DNA of 63,771 bases, filler included, from Octopus bimaculoides (GCF_001194135.2; 8 parts of 8 records of this genome joined end to end with filler, not necessarily neighbours in it); one strand, 5' to 3'; positions 48,914 to 62,735 are shown, numbered from the whole stretch's first letter. Notes: a model not told the origin generated them from the sequence alone. Program-made: numbers and translations.

Positions 48914-50265
48914 AGTATGTTTGTGTATGTGTTGTAATAGAGAAGATATGTCATTTTGCATTAACATGCATTGCATATCTATACTGAGGAAGGGGGCGCT
49001 TACAATAATATACGTGGTAAATGTCACGCATGATGTTTAACACAACTTTGAAAAACAATATGCAGAAACAGGCCGTTGCTGATGCATAACAAACTGGATA
49101 TACCAACTAAAGATCAGTCAATCTCAAACTTGTGGCATACAAATAATACGGTATACTTGGCGAAGAAGTTCCACATCCACATCTAAAAAAAAGTAAGGAT
49201 TCTTTATAGCTCATATTAATTTGGATTACAAATCCACTTGATCGATTTTGATCTGCTGCTACGCACTAAAGCTTACAACAACTCCACGACCATGATCAGA
49301 TATTAAAGAAATTTGAAGCGATCGATAATTTCAGCCACTATTTATCACAATAATATTAGTAATAAATGAAATAACAGTACACTTCTGAGAAATAGTAACG
49401 ATCTAGATAAAACTACAATTTTGGATGGCTTCCATTATCCGATAAACATACCCACAAAATAATTTTTTAATGCTATCGAAATAATCTCAAAAATAGGAGA
49501 TGTTTCTTCTTAAAAATAAGTGATATTCATTGATAGAATGTATCCCCAACATCCTTTTTTACATAAAACATATTTTTTATGGCGAACTTTATCGCTAAAT
49601 GTACCCTTCTTTCTACATGACTGAAACTAAATCTGCTAAAATTGCCACGACAAAAAGAAAGATTACCTTTTCTTGGCTATGGATTCACAGCTTAGCGTGG
49701 TGAAACTAAATACTATAATGGCTTTGTTTCCGTGTTTTCTCATCAATGCTACTATGACAACATCCTGAAGAATGAAACTAAAATGCTGGTTGACAATGGA
49801 TTAAAGGATTTAATTACCTGAGTAGGTGATATAGTTGGTGTGATAGATAATTGCATTTTCCTAAATACTCGTGACGGAGAATAATATCTCTGTTGGGTTT
49901 TGAACTTAGTATACAATGAAGGGAACTATATAGCGTCAACGATGTAGAGTTGAAGTAGTCATGCGCAAAATCTCCACAGTAATATTCCAGTCATATTACA
50001 TGAGCCAACAGGTACATTTTCCATTTTAATCGAGAAATTTAATAATTCGTCATACGCTATCATAACAATATATATTCAAAACGATAGCATGTGCATGAAT
50101 TCATAATGAAAGGAATGCCAATATGTTAAAATCAATTTCACTGCATTGAAATTGAGGAAAAAAGAAATGCGGTGTAACAAGGTACATATGTTGTAATCAA
50201 TGGAATTCTCAGTTGAAATGTCTTCATTGAAAGCCGCCGTATACATAATTACATACATACATGCA

Positions 50266-50297
<32 letters not shown>

Positions 50298-50992
50298 CAT
50301 ACATATATTCANNNNNNNNNNNNNNNNNNNNNNNNNNNNNNNNNNNNNNNNNNNNTTAATTAATTAANNNNNNNNNNNNNNNNNNNNNNNNNNNNNNNNN
50401 NNNNNNNNNNNTATATACACGCACATACATACATACATACATACATACATTCATGCATACACACATACGTATATCGATTATATGGAGGGGTGGCGTGGGT
50501 AAACGTAAGTGATGTCGATGTCGGCAACTTTTAAGATTTCACCAAAGAACACTTGCTGTGAGACAGTGAATTAAACATCATACATGATCTCACTCCTCCT
50601 CTCTCTAAGTCTCTGTCTCTCTCTCCAATTTTTCGCCCCTATCTCCTACTCACTTCCTCCCAACTGTCTGCACCCAAACATACATAAGCTTAAAAATATT
50701 GCTCCTTGATTTTAATACCTCCACATGAAACAGAATGATTGCATCGACATTAGCAACATTCCTTTCGCAACATAGGCCTATTGTTTATTCCTCTATGTCT
50801 GCGCAAAACACTCTAATTTTCTGGGATTGATAGCGCCCCATCTTCCGGTATGTTAAACTTGGACCAATTTCACGGTTTTTACTAACTGTTCGGCCTACAA
50901 CTAGAACAAATTGCTTTGCTTATTTACAAAGAAAAGGCGATATACATACATACATATATATATACATATAAATATATCTATCTATCTATCTA

Positions 50993-51029
<37 letters not shown>

Positions 51030-51920
51030 NNNNNNNNNNNNNNNNNNNNNNNNNNNNNNNNNNNNNNNNNNNNNNNNNNNNNNNNNNNNNNNNNNNNNNN
51101 NNNNNNNNNNNNNNNNNNNNNNNNNNNNNNNNNNNNNNNNNNNNNNNNNNNNNNNNNNNNNNNNNNNNNNNNNNNNNNNNNNNNNNNNNNNNNNNNNNNN
51201 NNNNNNNNNNNNNNNNNNNNNNNNNNNNNNNNNNNNNNNNNNNNNNNNNNNNNNNNNNNNNNNNNNNNNNNNNNNNNNNNNNNNNNNNNNNNNNNNNNNN
51301 NNNNNNNNNNNNNNNNNNNNNNNNNNNNNNNNNNNNNNNNNNNNNNNNNNNNNNNNNNNNNNNNNNNNNNNNNNNNNNNNNNNNNNNNNNNNNNNNNNNN
51401 NNNNNNNNNNNNNNNNNNNNNNNNNNNNNNNNNNNNNNNNNNNNNNNNNNNNNNNNNNNNNNNNNNNNNNNNNNNNNNNNNNNNNNNNNNNNNNNNNNNN
51501 NNNNNNNNNNNNNNNNNNNNNNNNNNNNNNNNNNNNNNNNNNNNNNNNNNNNNNNNNNNNNNNNNNNNNNNNNNNNNNNNNNNNNNNNNNNNNNNNNNNN
51601 NNNNNNNNNNNNNNNNNNNNNNNNNNNNNNNNNNNNNNNNNNNNNNNNNNNNNNNNNNNNNNNNNNNNNNNNNNNNNNNNNNNNNNNNNNNNNNNNNNNN
51701 NNNNNNNNNNNNNNNNNNNNNNNNNNNNNNNNNNNNNNNNNNNNNNNNNNNNNNNNNNNNNNNNNNNNNNNNNNNNNNNNNNNNNNNNNNNNNNNNNNNN
51801 NNNNNNNNNNNNNNNNNNNNNNNNNNNNNNNNNNNNNNNNNNNNNNNNNNNNNNNNNNNNNNNNNNNNNNNNNNNNNNNNNNNNNNNNNNNNNNNNNNNN
51901 NNNNNNATGTATTGATACGT

Positions 51921-51956
<36 letters not shown>

Positions 51957-52158
51957 TTGCTCTTAGACAAATTGTAAAGAAAAGAGGACCGGTTTTGTTA
52001 GAGACATTACTCTAACACACACACACACACACACGCACACACAAACAGAAACGCGCGCGAGCGTGTGTTTTGTCTTATTTTATAAAAGCCAAAGATATTT
52101 CGTTTTTATGTTTAAACTAAGTACTGTCTCCTGTTATCGTTTTGCACTGTTTACCGTA

Positions 52159-52191
<33 letters not shown>

Positions 52192-52570
52192 GACCTTGTG
52201 AGAAAACAGAAAAAAAAAAAGCATTCTCATTTATGCTTAGAAATTTTCTTACATTACAAATATAATTTAAAAAGTATTTTCAGCTCAACACTTGTGTGAT
52301 AACCGCACTTNNNNNNNNNNNNNNNNNNNNNNNNNNNNNNNNNNNNNNNNNNNNNNNNNNNNNNNNNNNNNNNNNNNNNNNNNNNNNNNNNNNNNNNNNN
52401 NNNNNNNNNNNNNNNNNNNNNNNNNNNNNNNNNNNNNNNNNNNNNNNNNNNNNNNNNNNNNNNNNNNNNNNNNNNNNNNNNNNNNNNNNNNNNNNNNNNN
52501 NNNNNNNNNNNNNNNNNNNNNNNNNNNNNNNNNNNNNNNNNNNNNNNNNGTGTGTGTGCGTGTGTGTGTG

Positions 52571-52603
<33 letters not shown>

Positions 52604-52629
52604 ATGAGTGTATATGTGCACCATTGTGC

Positions 52630-52840
52630 TTGTGTTTGTTCACCCACCGCTTGACTACCTGTGTTGGTTTGTTTACGTGCCCATAATTTGTATGTCACGC
52701 AAAAGAGACAGGTAGAATAAGTATTGGTCTTAAAAAAGATAAGTACTGGAGTCTATTTATCATATTAAACCCTTCATGGCGGTGTCACAGCATGGCCATA
52801 GTCTAGTGACAGAAACCAGTAAAAAAAAAGTAAAAATAAA
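52630..52840 (+). repeat. Degenerate module C copy after (TG)n
   Basis: gcttgactacctgtgttggtttgtttacgt...ggcggtgtcacagcatggcc. Confidence 0.7.
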
Positions 52841-53163
52841 GCTAGATCACGGAAGACAATTCCAGAAAGGATTCGATCTTATTATGACCTCATCAGCGAA
52901 ACATAACCTGCTCACTGCTTTAAATATTTTAGACTAACTTAACTATTGTTTTACGCGCGTGTTATTTTACTGTATGAATATTATAATAATAAACAATAAT
53001 AGAAATGATAGTAAACGGTGTATAAATAAATAAATCTGTCTCTCTCAGTCACATACTCACTGGATCTCTCTCTCTCGGTCTTTCTTTTTTCTTTCATTCT
53101 TTTATCCTTCTTTCTTTGTTTTTTCTTTTTTCTTTCTTTCTCCCTCTCCCTCTCTCTCCAAAA

Positions 53164-53234
<71 letters not shown>

Positions 53235-53395
53235 CATATAAATAAACGATATATAGATGTTACACGTATACAAACACACTCGTATGAATGTTTATATATA
53301 AATATACAAATTAATTTACATGTTTTAAAAATATGTCTGCATCTCTCCCTGCCTCTATCGGTTTGTCTCTGTTTGTCTCTCCGTCTGTCTCTGTC

Positions 53396-53430
<35 letters not shown>

Positions 53431-53449
53431 TTCTCTCTCTCAATATACA

Positions 53450-53505
<56 letters not shown>

Positions 53506-55041
53506 NNNNNNNNNNNNNNNNNNNNNNNNNNNNNNNNNNNNNNNNNNNNNNNNNNNNNNNNNNNNNNNNNNNNNNNNNNNNNNNNNNNNNNNNNNNNNNN
53601 NNNNNNNNNNNNNNNNNNNNNNNNNNNNNNNNNNNNNNNNNNNNNNNNNNNNNNNNNNNNNNNNNNNNNNNNNNNNNNNNNNNNNNNNNNNNNNNNNNNN
53701 NNNNNNNNNNNNNNNNNNNNNNNNNNNNNNNNNNNNNNNNNNNNNNNNNNNNNNNNNNNNNNNNNNNNNNNNNNNNNNNNNNNNNNNNNNNNNNNNNNNN
53801 NNNNNNNNNNNNNNNNNNNNNNNNNNNNNNNNNNNNNNNNNNNNNNNNNNNNNNNNNNNNNNNNNNNNNNNNNNNNNNNNNNNNNNNNNNNNNNNNNNNN
53901 NNNNNNNNNNNNNNNNNNNNNNNNNNNNNNNNNNNNNNNNNNNNNNNNNNNNNNNNNNNNNNNNNNNNNNNNNNNNNNNNNNNNNNNNNNNNNNNNNNNN
54001 NNNNNNNNNNNNNNNNNNNNNNNNNNNNNNNNNNNNNNNNNNNNNNNNNNNNNNNNNNNNNNNNNNNNNNNNNNNNNNNNNNNNNNNNNNNNNNNNNNNN
54101 NNNNNNNNNNNNNNNNNNNNNNNNNNNNNNNNNNNNNNNNNNNNNNNNNNNNNNNNNNNNNNNNNNNNNNNNNNNNNNNNNNNNNNNNNNNNNNNNNNNN
54201 NNNNNNNNNNNNNNNNNNNNNNNNNNNNNNNNNNNNNNNNNNNNNNNNNNNNNNNNNNNNNNNNNNNNNNNNNNNNNNNGTTTATAAATTCATAATAATT
54301 TCTAATATTTGCACCTGAATGTCTATGTGTGTCTTCTGTTATAAAACTCACCTTCACCCCCCCCCCATGCACACACACACACATCCAATGCAAGCACGTA
54401 CAGGTTATACTCATACACGTACATAGACAAGCGCACTTTCCATTCCAAACACGCAGACATACACATACTCTCTCTCTCTACCTCTATCTATCTTTCTCTC
54501 TATCAGTCTCCCCCTCTCTCTCTATCAGTCTCCCCCTCTCTCTCTCTTCCATGCACATTTTCCTCGATTCGTGTTTGCGTAGCGTGTTTAATATATTTTT
54601 GTTATTCAATTACCATTAAGTCGTTTTAGAATATGGCTTTAAACAACAGACAGCATCGTTATGCTCGCACCCACCCAATGGAAACATTATTGCTTTCATT
54701 CACCAATATTTCCCATACATTCATTTATCGATACACTCCGACGCTTGGTATTGATTTTCGTTTGTTTGGTTTTAATATCTTCTCAATTTACAAAATTATC
54801 AATTTATGGATAACACAAATGTAATTTTAACTAATACGCTCTGCTCACACACGTTAGGCATATACATACATACATACATACATACATACATACATACGTA
54901 CATACGTACATACATACATACATACATACCTATATATATATNNNNNNNNNNNNNNNNNNNNNNNNNNNNNNNNNNNNNNNNNNNNTTAATTAATTAANNN
55001 NNNNNNNNNNNNNNNNNNNNNNNNNNNNNNNNNNNNNNNNN

Positions 55042-55097
<56 letters not shown>

Positions 55098-55769
55098 ATG
55101 GATATTTGTCTATATACCTTTTCAAATAATTTCTTCGAAAATTTTTTGGCCGGAGATGTTATCCGAGTGGCCACCAGTTTTGCGCTATTATGGATTGATA
55201 ATTCTGGTTAACGTTCGTGTGCTGATGTACTAATGTTTGTGGTTGGTTAGATTGACCATTCTTAGTACTTTTCACTTTCGAAAATCCAATTGTCCCTATA
55301 AAGACTTCATTTTTGTTTTGATATAGGAGAAATAATTAATAGCTTAAGGAAAATAGAAAATATACATCGATATTCACTTTTTAATCATTGTGCAGTCAAT
55401 ATGTCTACACAATGATTAAAAAGTGAATATCTATGTGTATTCGCTGTTTTCTTTAAACTACTATGTATATATATATGTATATATATATATATGTATACAT
55501 ATATATATATATATATGTATATATATNNNNNNNNNNNNNNNNNNNNNNNNNNNNNNNNNNNNNNNNNNNNNNNNNNNNNNNNNNNNNNNNNNNNNNNNNN
55601 NNNNNNNNNNNNNNNNNNNNNNNNNNNNNNNNNNNNNNNNNNNNNNNNNNNNNNNNNNNNNNNNNNNNNNNNNNNNNNNNNNNNNNNNNNNNNNNNNNNN
55701 NNNNNNNNNNNNNNNNNNNNNNNNNNNNNNNNNNNNNNNNNNNNNNNNNNNNNNNNNNNNNNNNNNNNN

Positions 55770-55950
55770 ATTTCGTCTGCCGCTACGTTCTGAGTTCAAA
55801 TTCAGCCGAGGTCGACTTTGCCTTTCATCCCTTCGGGGTCGATTAAATAAGTACCAGTTACGCACTGGGGTCGATATAATCGACTTAATCCGTTTCTCTG
55901 TCTTTGTTTGTCCCCTCTGTGTGTAGCCCCTTGTGGGTAGTAAAGAAATA
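55770..55950 (+). mobile_element. SINE family A variant with a different 3' tail
   Basis: Family A core to ggggtcgatataatcgact, then ...gtgtagccccttgtgggtagtaaagaaata instead of ...ccttgtgcctagagtagaaaag. Confidence 0.75.
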
Positions 55951-57593
55951 ACACACACATATATATATATGAATGTATACATGTATGGATATGAAAAGGT
56001 AGAATTTGATATAAATATTATTGTCTATGCCCGCTATCGGTGCTACATAACGATACTGGAACATTTGTCTGCGGATGATGTTGGCAAAAATGAATAACAA
56101 TATACAAAGCATATATTTCTCATGAGGTCAGTCTCTTCTCTATGCATTACAATAACGTTGAATTAAAATGTGTGGTAAACATCTTCAGACAAATTTCAAA
56201 ATACTAAATGCCTATCCGATACAAACACCCTAACTGTGATTTACTTTAAAGAACAATAAACAGATAGTTATTCACAAAAAGAGCAAGAAATTAATCAGCT
56301 GGACAAAAACAGAAAGTATGAAAGTTCGGGTAAATATTACGTAACGCACCAAATTGAGAAATCCTGTTAATGTCCGCATGGGCTTAACGTAAAGTCTCTA
56401 TAATGAAAGAAAATATAGTACTCGTTTTGATACCTAAATTATAATTCCTACATGTTTGAAGCCATTTTTTCAAATCAATAGCAGCCTCTGTATGATGGTC
56501 AGATATTGGCCCTCACTACGTAATCGACTCGTAACAGAATTTATTAACATTCTTACAATGCAAAATCGCTCCAGTGTCTGAATAAACTTTCGCAAAAAAT
56601 AACTTTGCAGTTAAAGGACTTATTCAGCTTAGTGGACGTTAGTAGCCCATGTTGCTGTACTTCGATCCATTTTCCGGTAAACATATGGTTCAAAACAAAC
56701 TTGTAAACCTTAGTTTTAAGGTAAATTTTCTAAATAGAAAAGAATTATCCGTACATTGTACTGAAGAGACGGTGAAGAATTCAACAAATGAGAGTAAATT
56801 TGAACCATTACTAATAATTCTCACTGAAGATAATCAGAGGTGATTGAAAATCATTTCATAAATAGAATAAATAGTATAAAGTGTATCTGGAAGATAACTA
56901 CCCCACCAATTATTTCTACGCGAAAAGAAAGAAAAATGGAAACTTTTCATTCGATTTCAACCCAAATAGTAGAAGGAAAATGACATGTTATACACTCACA
57001 CAAATATATCAATGCACGCACATATGTGACATGCACCGGGTTGAATTTGTGCTAAAGAAATTCACTTGAAGCCCACGTGGTTCCAGCCATGACTATTGTC
57101 ACTGTTTTGTACAGGGGACATATGTCTTCTACGAGAACCTTATTTTTTGCTGTCTTTTTTAATGTTTCCATTACCCCTAATGTTCATTCCAGCATGAATG
57201 ATACTTTATTCGCGATATGTAGATTCCTCCATTTCATATAAGACAAATAAACAAAACTGCGTGCTGTCAATTCAATTCAGACAAAGGAAATTCAATCAAA
57301 CTATGCAAGTTCTATTTGCATCACGCTGTCTGTGGCATATTCAAACCAATAATCGAAATAAAGTGCGAGCCTCACATGTTTTCTTGAGGGCAAATTAAGT
57401 AGAATATCGAAGATGTTTGAAACCGAGAGAACAAAAATTTGAAACGGAAATTTTCCGTTATATTCGAACTTCTGATCAACTTCTAAGCAAACAAATATTT
57501 ACTTATAACCCAATTATATTCCACTCCAAATATACACCATTCCTTTTGTTTTGCAATTGAAACAGCAAAAATCTTCTGGCTCCATCCCCTTCT

Positions 57594-57865
57594 TCTTTTT
57601 CTTCTTCTTCTTCTTCTTCTTCTTCTTCTTCTTCTTCTTCTTCTTCTTCTTCTTCTTCTTCTTCTTCTTCTTCTTCTTCTTCTTCTTCTTCTTCTTCTTC
57701 TTCTTCTTCTTCTTCTTCTTCTTCTTCTTCTTCTTCTTCTTCTTCTTCTTCTTCTTCTTCTTTTTCTTCTTCTTCTTCATCCTCTTCTTTATCTTCATCA
57801 TCATTATCATCAGCATTGTCGTCGTCGTCATCATCGTCGTCGTCATCATCATCATCATCATCATG
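57594..57865. repeat. Long (TTC)n tract grading into TCA/TCG triplets
   Basis: Direct inspection; source of the poly-E, poly-K and poly-F ORFs. Confidence 0.95.
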
Positions 57866-57983
57866 AATCACAAGCAAAAAGCTGTAAACAGTTATAATAG
57901 CGACTCGATTGTTAAGAAGTATTTAGAGTTTCTGGCTACTCATATTACCACATAGACCGAAATTATTACCACATAATCCGAAA

Positions 57984-58085
57984 GTATATCAGCCGAAATG
58001 TTGTGTTAACAACAAACAAGATGAGGACAATTATCCGTCAAATGTAAATAATGTAAATAATTCCTCATCTCTTGAATATAGAACT
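57984..58085 (+). repeat. 5'-truncated third copy of the 29-kb hammerhead repeat
   Basis: gtatatcagccgaaatgttgtgttaacaacaaacaagatgaggacaa...gtcaaatgtaaataatgtaaataat. Confidence 0.8.
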
Positions 58086-58116
58086 ATATATCTGTACATC
58101 ACTTCAAACTCGGTAA

Positions 58117-58156
<40 letters not shown>

Positions 58157-58637
58157 CTCTCTCTCTCTCTCCCATTCACTCTCTCTATCTCACTCTCTTT
58201 CTGTCTTTCTATCTCTCTCTTTCTCTCTCAACCGCCCTTCACGCGTAGTAATCCATAAGAATGCATTCGGGGGGATTAAGAAACTTGAAATCGGGGATGG
58301 TGGAGGCGCAAAAATTCTCCGACAAAGACTTTTGATTCTTTCCGGTGGTATGGCAATGAGTCGAATCATGTTGCTACACATATGCCCTTCTAGCACTAAC
58401 CATCACCAGCAATTTACTTCACTAAAACCCAGAGTCCCTTGCTTGAATCTTCCATCTCATTGTCCTACATCTGATGGATGACACCCAGCATGCGGATGCA
58501 GGCATAGCACTTGCTGGCTACGACTTCGTAGTCTCCGTAGCAGCAGTCTATGTCTATGTTTGTAGCAGCTTTTCCAATATCCAGGTGGCTTCTAGTACTT
58601 CCATTCAACTACAATCCACTTCACTCTTAATGCTCAC

Positions 58638-58655
58638 CAATACATCAGACAGTTC
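58638..58655 (-). CDS. Candidate 18-nt microexon (ELSDVL)
   Basis: ttccttttttcag|GAACTGTCTGATGTATTG|gtgagc. Phase 0 to 0, stop-free and in frame with the 7-nt microexon and the EF exon. No transcript evidence. Confidence 0.4.
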
Positions 58656-58681
58656 CTGAAAAAAGGAATTGAACAAGAATG

Positions 58682-58758
<77 letters not shown>

Positions 58759-59299
58759 TACCTATATGCATACATGCACACATACACACACGCACACCAC
58801 ACTAATATATGTATATTTCAAAATTGTACATAGAGCAAAATACAGGAGACAGTGACAAGTGAGGGAACAACAAACAACGTGACGTGCAAAAGAAATCGAA
58901 CAATCTCTGATATTTTGAGCCTATGCTCCGCTACAGAAAGAAATAAGGGGAAGAATCATGGCGGTAGGAAAGAAAATTGAGAGCAAAATAAGATCGGCCT
59001 GCCAATAGTTTATTGCTGTGGAAACATATACCAAGGCATATTTTTAAAATAACATGTCTTATGTCTCCTAGTAATCTTAGGCTTTGAGGACTTGGTCTGT
59101 TGCAATTGAAATTCACTGTGCCGATAACTTAGATAACTTAGATATGTTTCGACCAAAGATTGGTCCAGGCCATGTCTAATTTAATAGCACCACCTTATAG
59201 GATAANNNNNNNNNNTTAATAGCACCACCTGATAGGATAATCTAAATCCTTTTTAAGTCAAGTTTTGTGGTATCATGGTCCGTTTGAGTGGCGAGTTCT

Positions 59300-59600
59300 T
59301 GTTGAGTAAGTTTTGTCGAGGTATAGATCACTTATCTGATATTCCTTGAAGAAATTTTCCAGATTCAGTTTAAAGGTAATGGGTTCCTCTTCCACTTTGA
59401 TGTGCTTCGGGACAATGTTAAATAGAGCAGGGCCTGTTGGGGAAAAGAAATCGTTTTGCAGTGTATGTGTTGTGATCCTGAATTGGATAGGTGACGTATA
59501 GCCCGTGGTTCTAGCCTTGGGTGAATTTTGAAGCTAATGTTGAGATGGTTTAGGCAATGCTGGTGGGATAATCTCCACATTGTGCAAATGATGTATCGCT
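59300..59600 (-). mobile_element. CR1/L2-group LINE 3' coding remnant
   Basis: QNDFFSPTGPALFNIVPKHIK...FKLNLENFF resembles the GP.LFN.LP..I....FK..L..FL C-terminus of CR1/L2-like ORF2. Confidence 0.5.
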
Positions 59601-61239
59601 CACGACGACGATGAGATAAGTGAAATCACGTAAAAAAACGAGAAGTTTGGTGCCAATAGCCGAAGTTTGAATAAAAACGGAACAAGAAAAGAAAGAGAAT
59701 TGGAGTTACGTCCCCTTTCACCGTAAAAGTTATAATAAAATTAGTTGTAGTAGAAGAGTTCAACTGTGAAAGTCTGCGAGACAACTGCTCGATTCAGAGA
59801 GGAAGGTGTCCTCCATTTCGCCAAAGGAAAACAAAATTTATTCATTGTCTTCCATTTGCTGAGAATTTCGCGTCTAAAAAGATATGTGCGATCTTTTAGC
59901 TACGTATATGTTACGTCGCTTAGATCTATCTATCTATCTATCTATCTATNNNNNNNNNNNNNNNNNNNNNNNNNNNNNNNNNNNNNNNNNNNNNNNNNNN
60001 NNNNNNNNNNNNNNNNNNNNNNNNNNNNNNNNNNNNNNNNNNNNNNNNNNNNNNNNNNNNNNNNNNNNNNNNNNNNNNNNNNNNNNNNNNNNNNNNNNNN
60101 NNNNNNNNNNNNNNNNNNNNNNNNNNNNNNNNATATATATATATATATATATACACATATGCATATTGACATATTATTTATTTAAAGAGTGCAATACATG
60201 TTTTCAATCGATACTAATAGTTTCATATGTTGACAAAACTCAAACATATTTTCAGTAGACGAAAATCACACGTAATAACGAACTAAAAATATTGAAGAAT
60301 AGAAGAAACGCCAAAAAAACTGACAAGGCCTTCCTGACACGTGAGCAGAGCGACGAAACCGTACTGCTCACGTTTGAACATAACGTTGTTGTTAGATAAC
60401 AATGAGGACATTGCACGTTTTCCTTGAATGAGAGTGAATGAAAATTGATAAATGAATGTCTATATATCATAAAATATATATTATCAGAAGTCGAAAAAAA
60501 ATCAATAGAGTTGAATGATAAGGGAAATGGTAGTTAGTTTCTTCCCCCATTGATTCAGGACACGCTGAGACGCTGTTTCCTTTGATTGAAACGAGTGAAC
60601 CATGGTGTCTGTATGTGGAAAGCCAATGACAATATCAGAAAAATATCCTTTAAGTTACATCCTATTGTCTTAAGAAAGAAGACAGCAGATAATGTAGTCC
60701 ATGGCTTACTGTAAATGGAAATCATTAATAGCAATATTGCAATATATTTCTCCATATGTCTGCTCAGTCAGGGCCGACATGCGGCGAAACAACACACAAA
60801 AAAAAACAACTACAAACAAAATTTGAGAAAAGGAATGATTCAATTGTTTCGTTGTTGGCAACTAAATAGGAAAAAAATCTATATTCACAAAAACGCGTCC
60901 GGTGCTGCATATGAAAATATACCAAATTTTCTCGTTAATATTGTCTAGAGAATTTCAATAGTGTTTGTAAATATATGGAAGGAAAATTTAATTAGTATAT
61001 AGAACAGTCCTTTTTGTTCTCTTTAATTATATAAGACAGTATTAAGTGGCGTACAGTGATAAATACTGCTGAATAAAGAAAGTAAAAGAACAAACAGTTA
61101 TTAGAAAATTCTGAAGTAATTATTTTCACGCCGAGAGAAGGAANNNNNNNNNNNNNNNNNNNNNNNNNNNNNNNNNNNNNNNNNNNNTTAATTAATTAAN
61201 NNNNNNNNNNNNNNNNNNNNNNNNNNNNNNNNNNNNNNN

Positions 61240-61243
61240 NNNN

Positions 61244-61324
<81 letters not shown>

Positions 61325-61470
61325 CAGACTTAGACGTATATATACATATGTATATATGTATATATACACTTATATTTGTCTATAATATATACATATACAG
61401 ATATGTGTATTTCTCTCTGCCTCTACATTGTGATTGAACCAGCAGTGGAATATGCGATACTTTAATACTT

Positions 61471-61545
<75 letters not shown>

Positions 61546-61990
61546 TAGTAGTAGTGGTAGTAGTAGTAGAGTTCACGTGTTGATACCTTTGTTTCTTAAG
61601 TCAATTATATTCAGTGTTGGTGTTTGTTAGGGTTTTTGTTGTTACTGTTACCATCTTCTTTCCCCTCCGCTTCCTCTTCCTCTTCCCCCATTGCCGTTTT
61701 TCTTCTAATTCTCCTTCTTTCTTTTCATTTCATTCCATCTCATTCTTTCTCTCCATCTCACCGTCTCTTTCATGCACATCACAGTAATTCCATTCATCTT
61801 CATAATAATAATGATGATAATAATAGTGATTATCATCGTGATCAGCATCGTCACCAACACCACCACCACAACCACCATCATCGTCATTATCGTGGTGGTA
61901 GTGGTCGTCTTCGTCGTCGTCATCTTCACCACCACCGTCAACATCTCTGTTACTATCACATAACATCACTTCTACAACTACTACTACTAC

Positions 61991-62036
<46 letters not shown>

Positions 62037-62314
62037 GTTCAGTAGTTTTATTTTTATAACGTGCTTTCACTTCACTACCGAGCGCAGCTCTGTGCGCCTT
62101 GGGTATGTGCTGTGGTTTGCTGTGGTGCTCTTATGGTTACTGTATTGAAAGTGTTTTGCGTCGTCGTCATCTTCACCACCACCGTCAACATCTTTGTTAC
62201 TATCACATAACACCACTTCTACAACTACTGCTACTACTACTACTATTATTATTATTATTATTATTATTATTATCATTATTATTATTATTATCATTATTAT
62301 CATTATTTTGCCTC

Positions 62315-62352
<38 letters not shown>

Positions 62353-62680
62353 CATCGCCTGCTCCAGCATCGCCGCTATCACCAACATCAGCATCACCAC
62401 GAATGTTTCAAGCAACTTCTTATTTATTTATTTATTTATTTATTTATTTGTTTGTTTGTTTGTTTGATGGATTGCCATTTCAAACAACCTGAAAAATCTG
62501 TTCTGAAGAAATAACATCACAAGCGTATGTGGCCGAGTTTTTCAAATGCTACATCTTAAAGACATTAACACATTATCAACCCAACTTCACCTGAAAACAT
62601 TCCCTTTAAAACATTTATATTCCACTCCTCTGCCTCTCTTTCTCTTTGCTAGTCTCCCTACCTTTGACCCTCTTTTCCCT

Positions 62681-62735
<55 letters not shown>

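Noticed and set aside
57503-57955. Poly-D/E, poly-K and poly-F ORFs resembling acidic proteins
   Set aside because: Translations of a (TTC)n microsatellite, with no splice context or non-repetitive domain.
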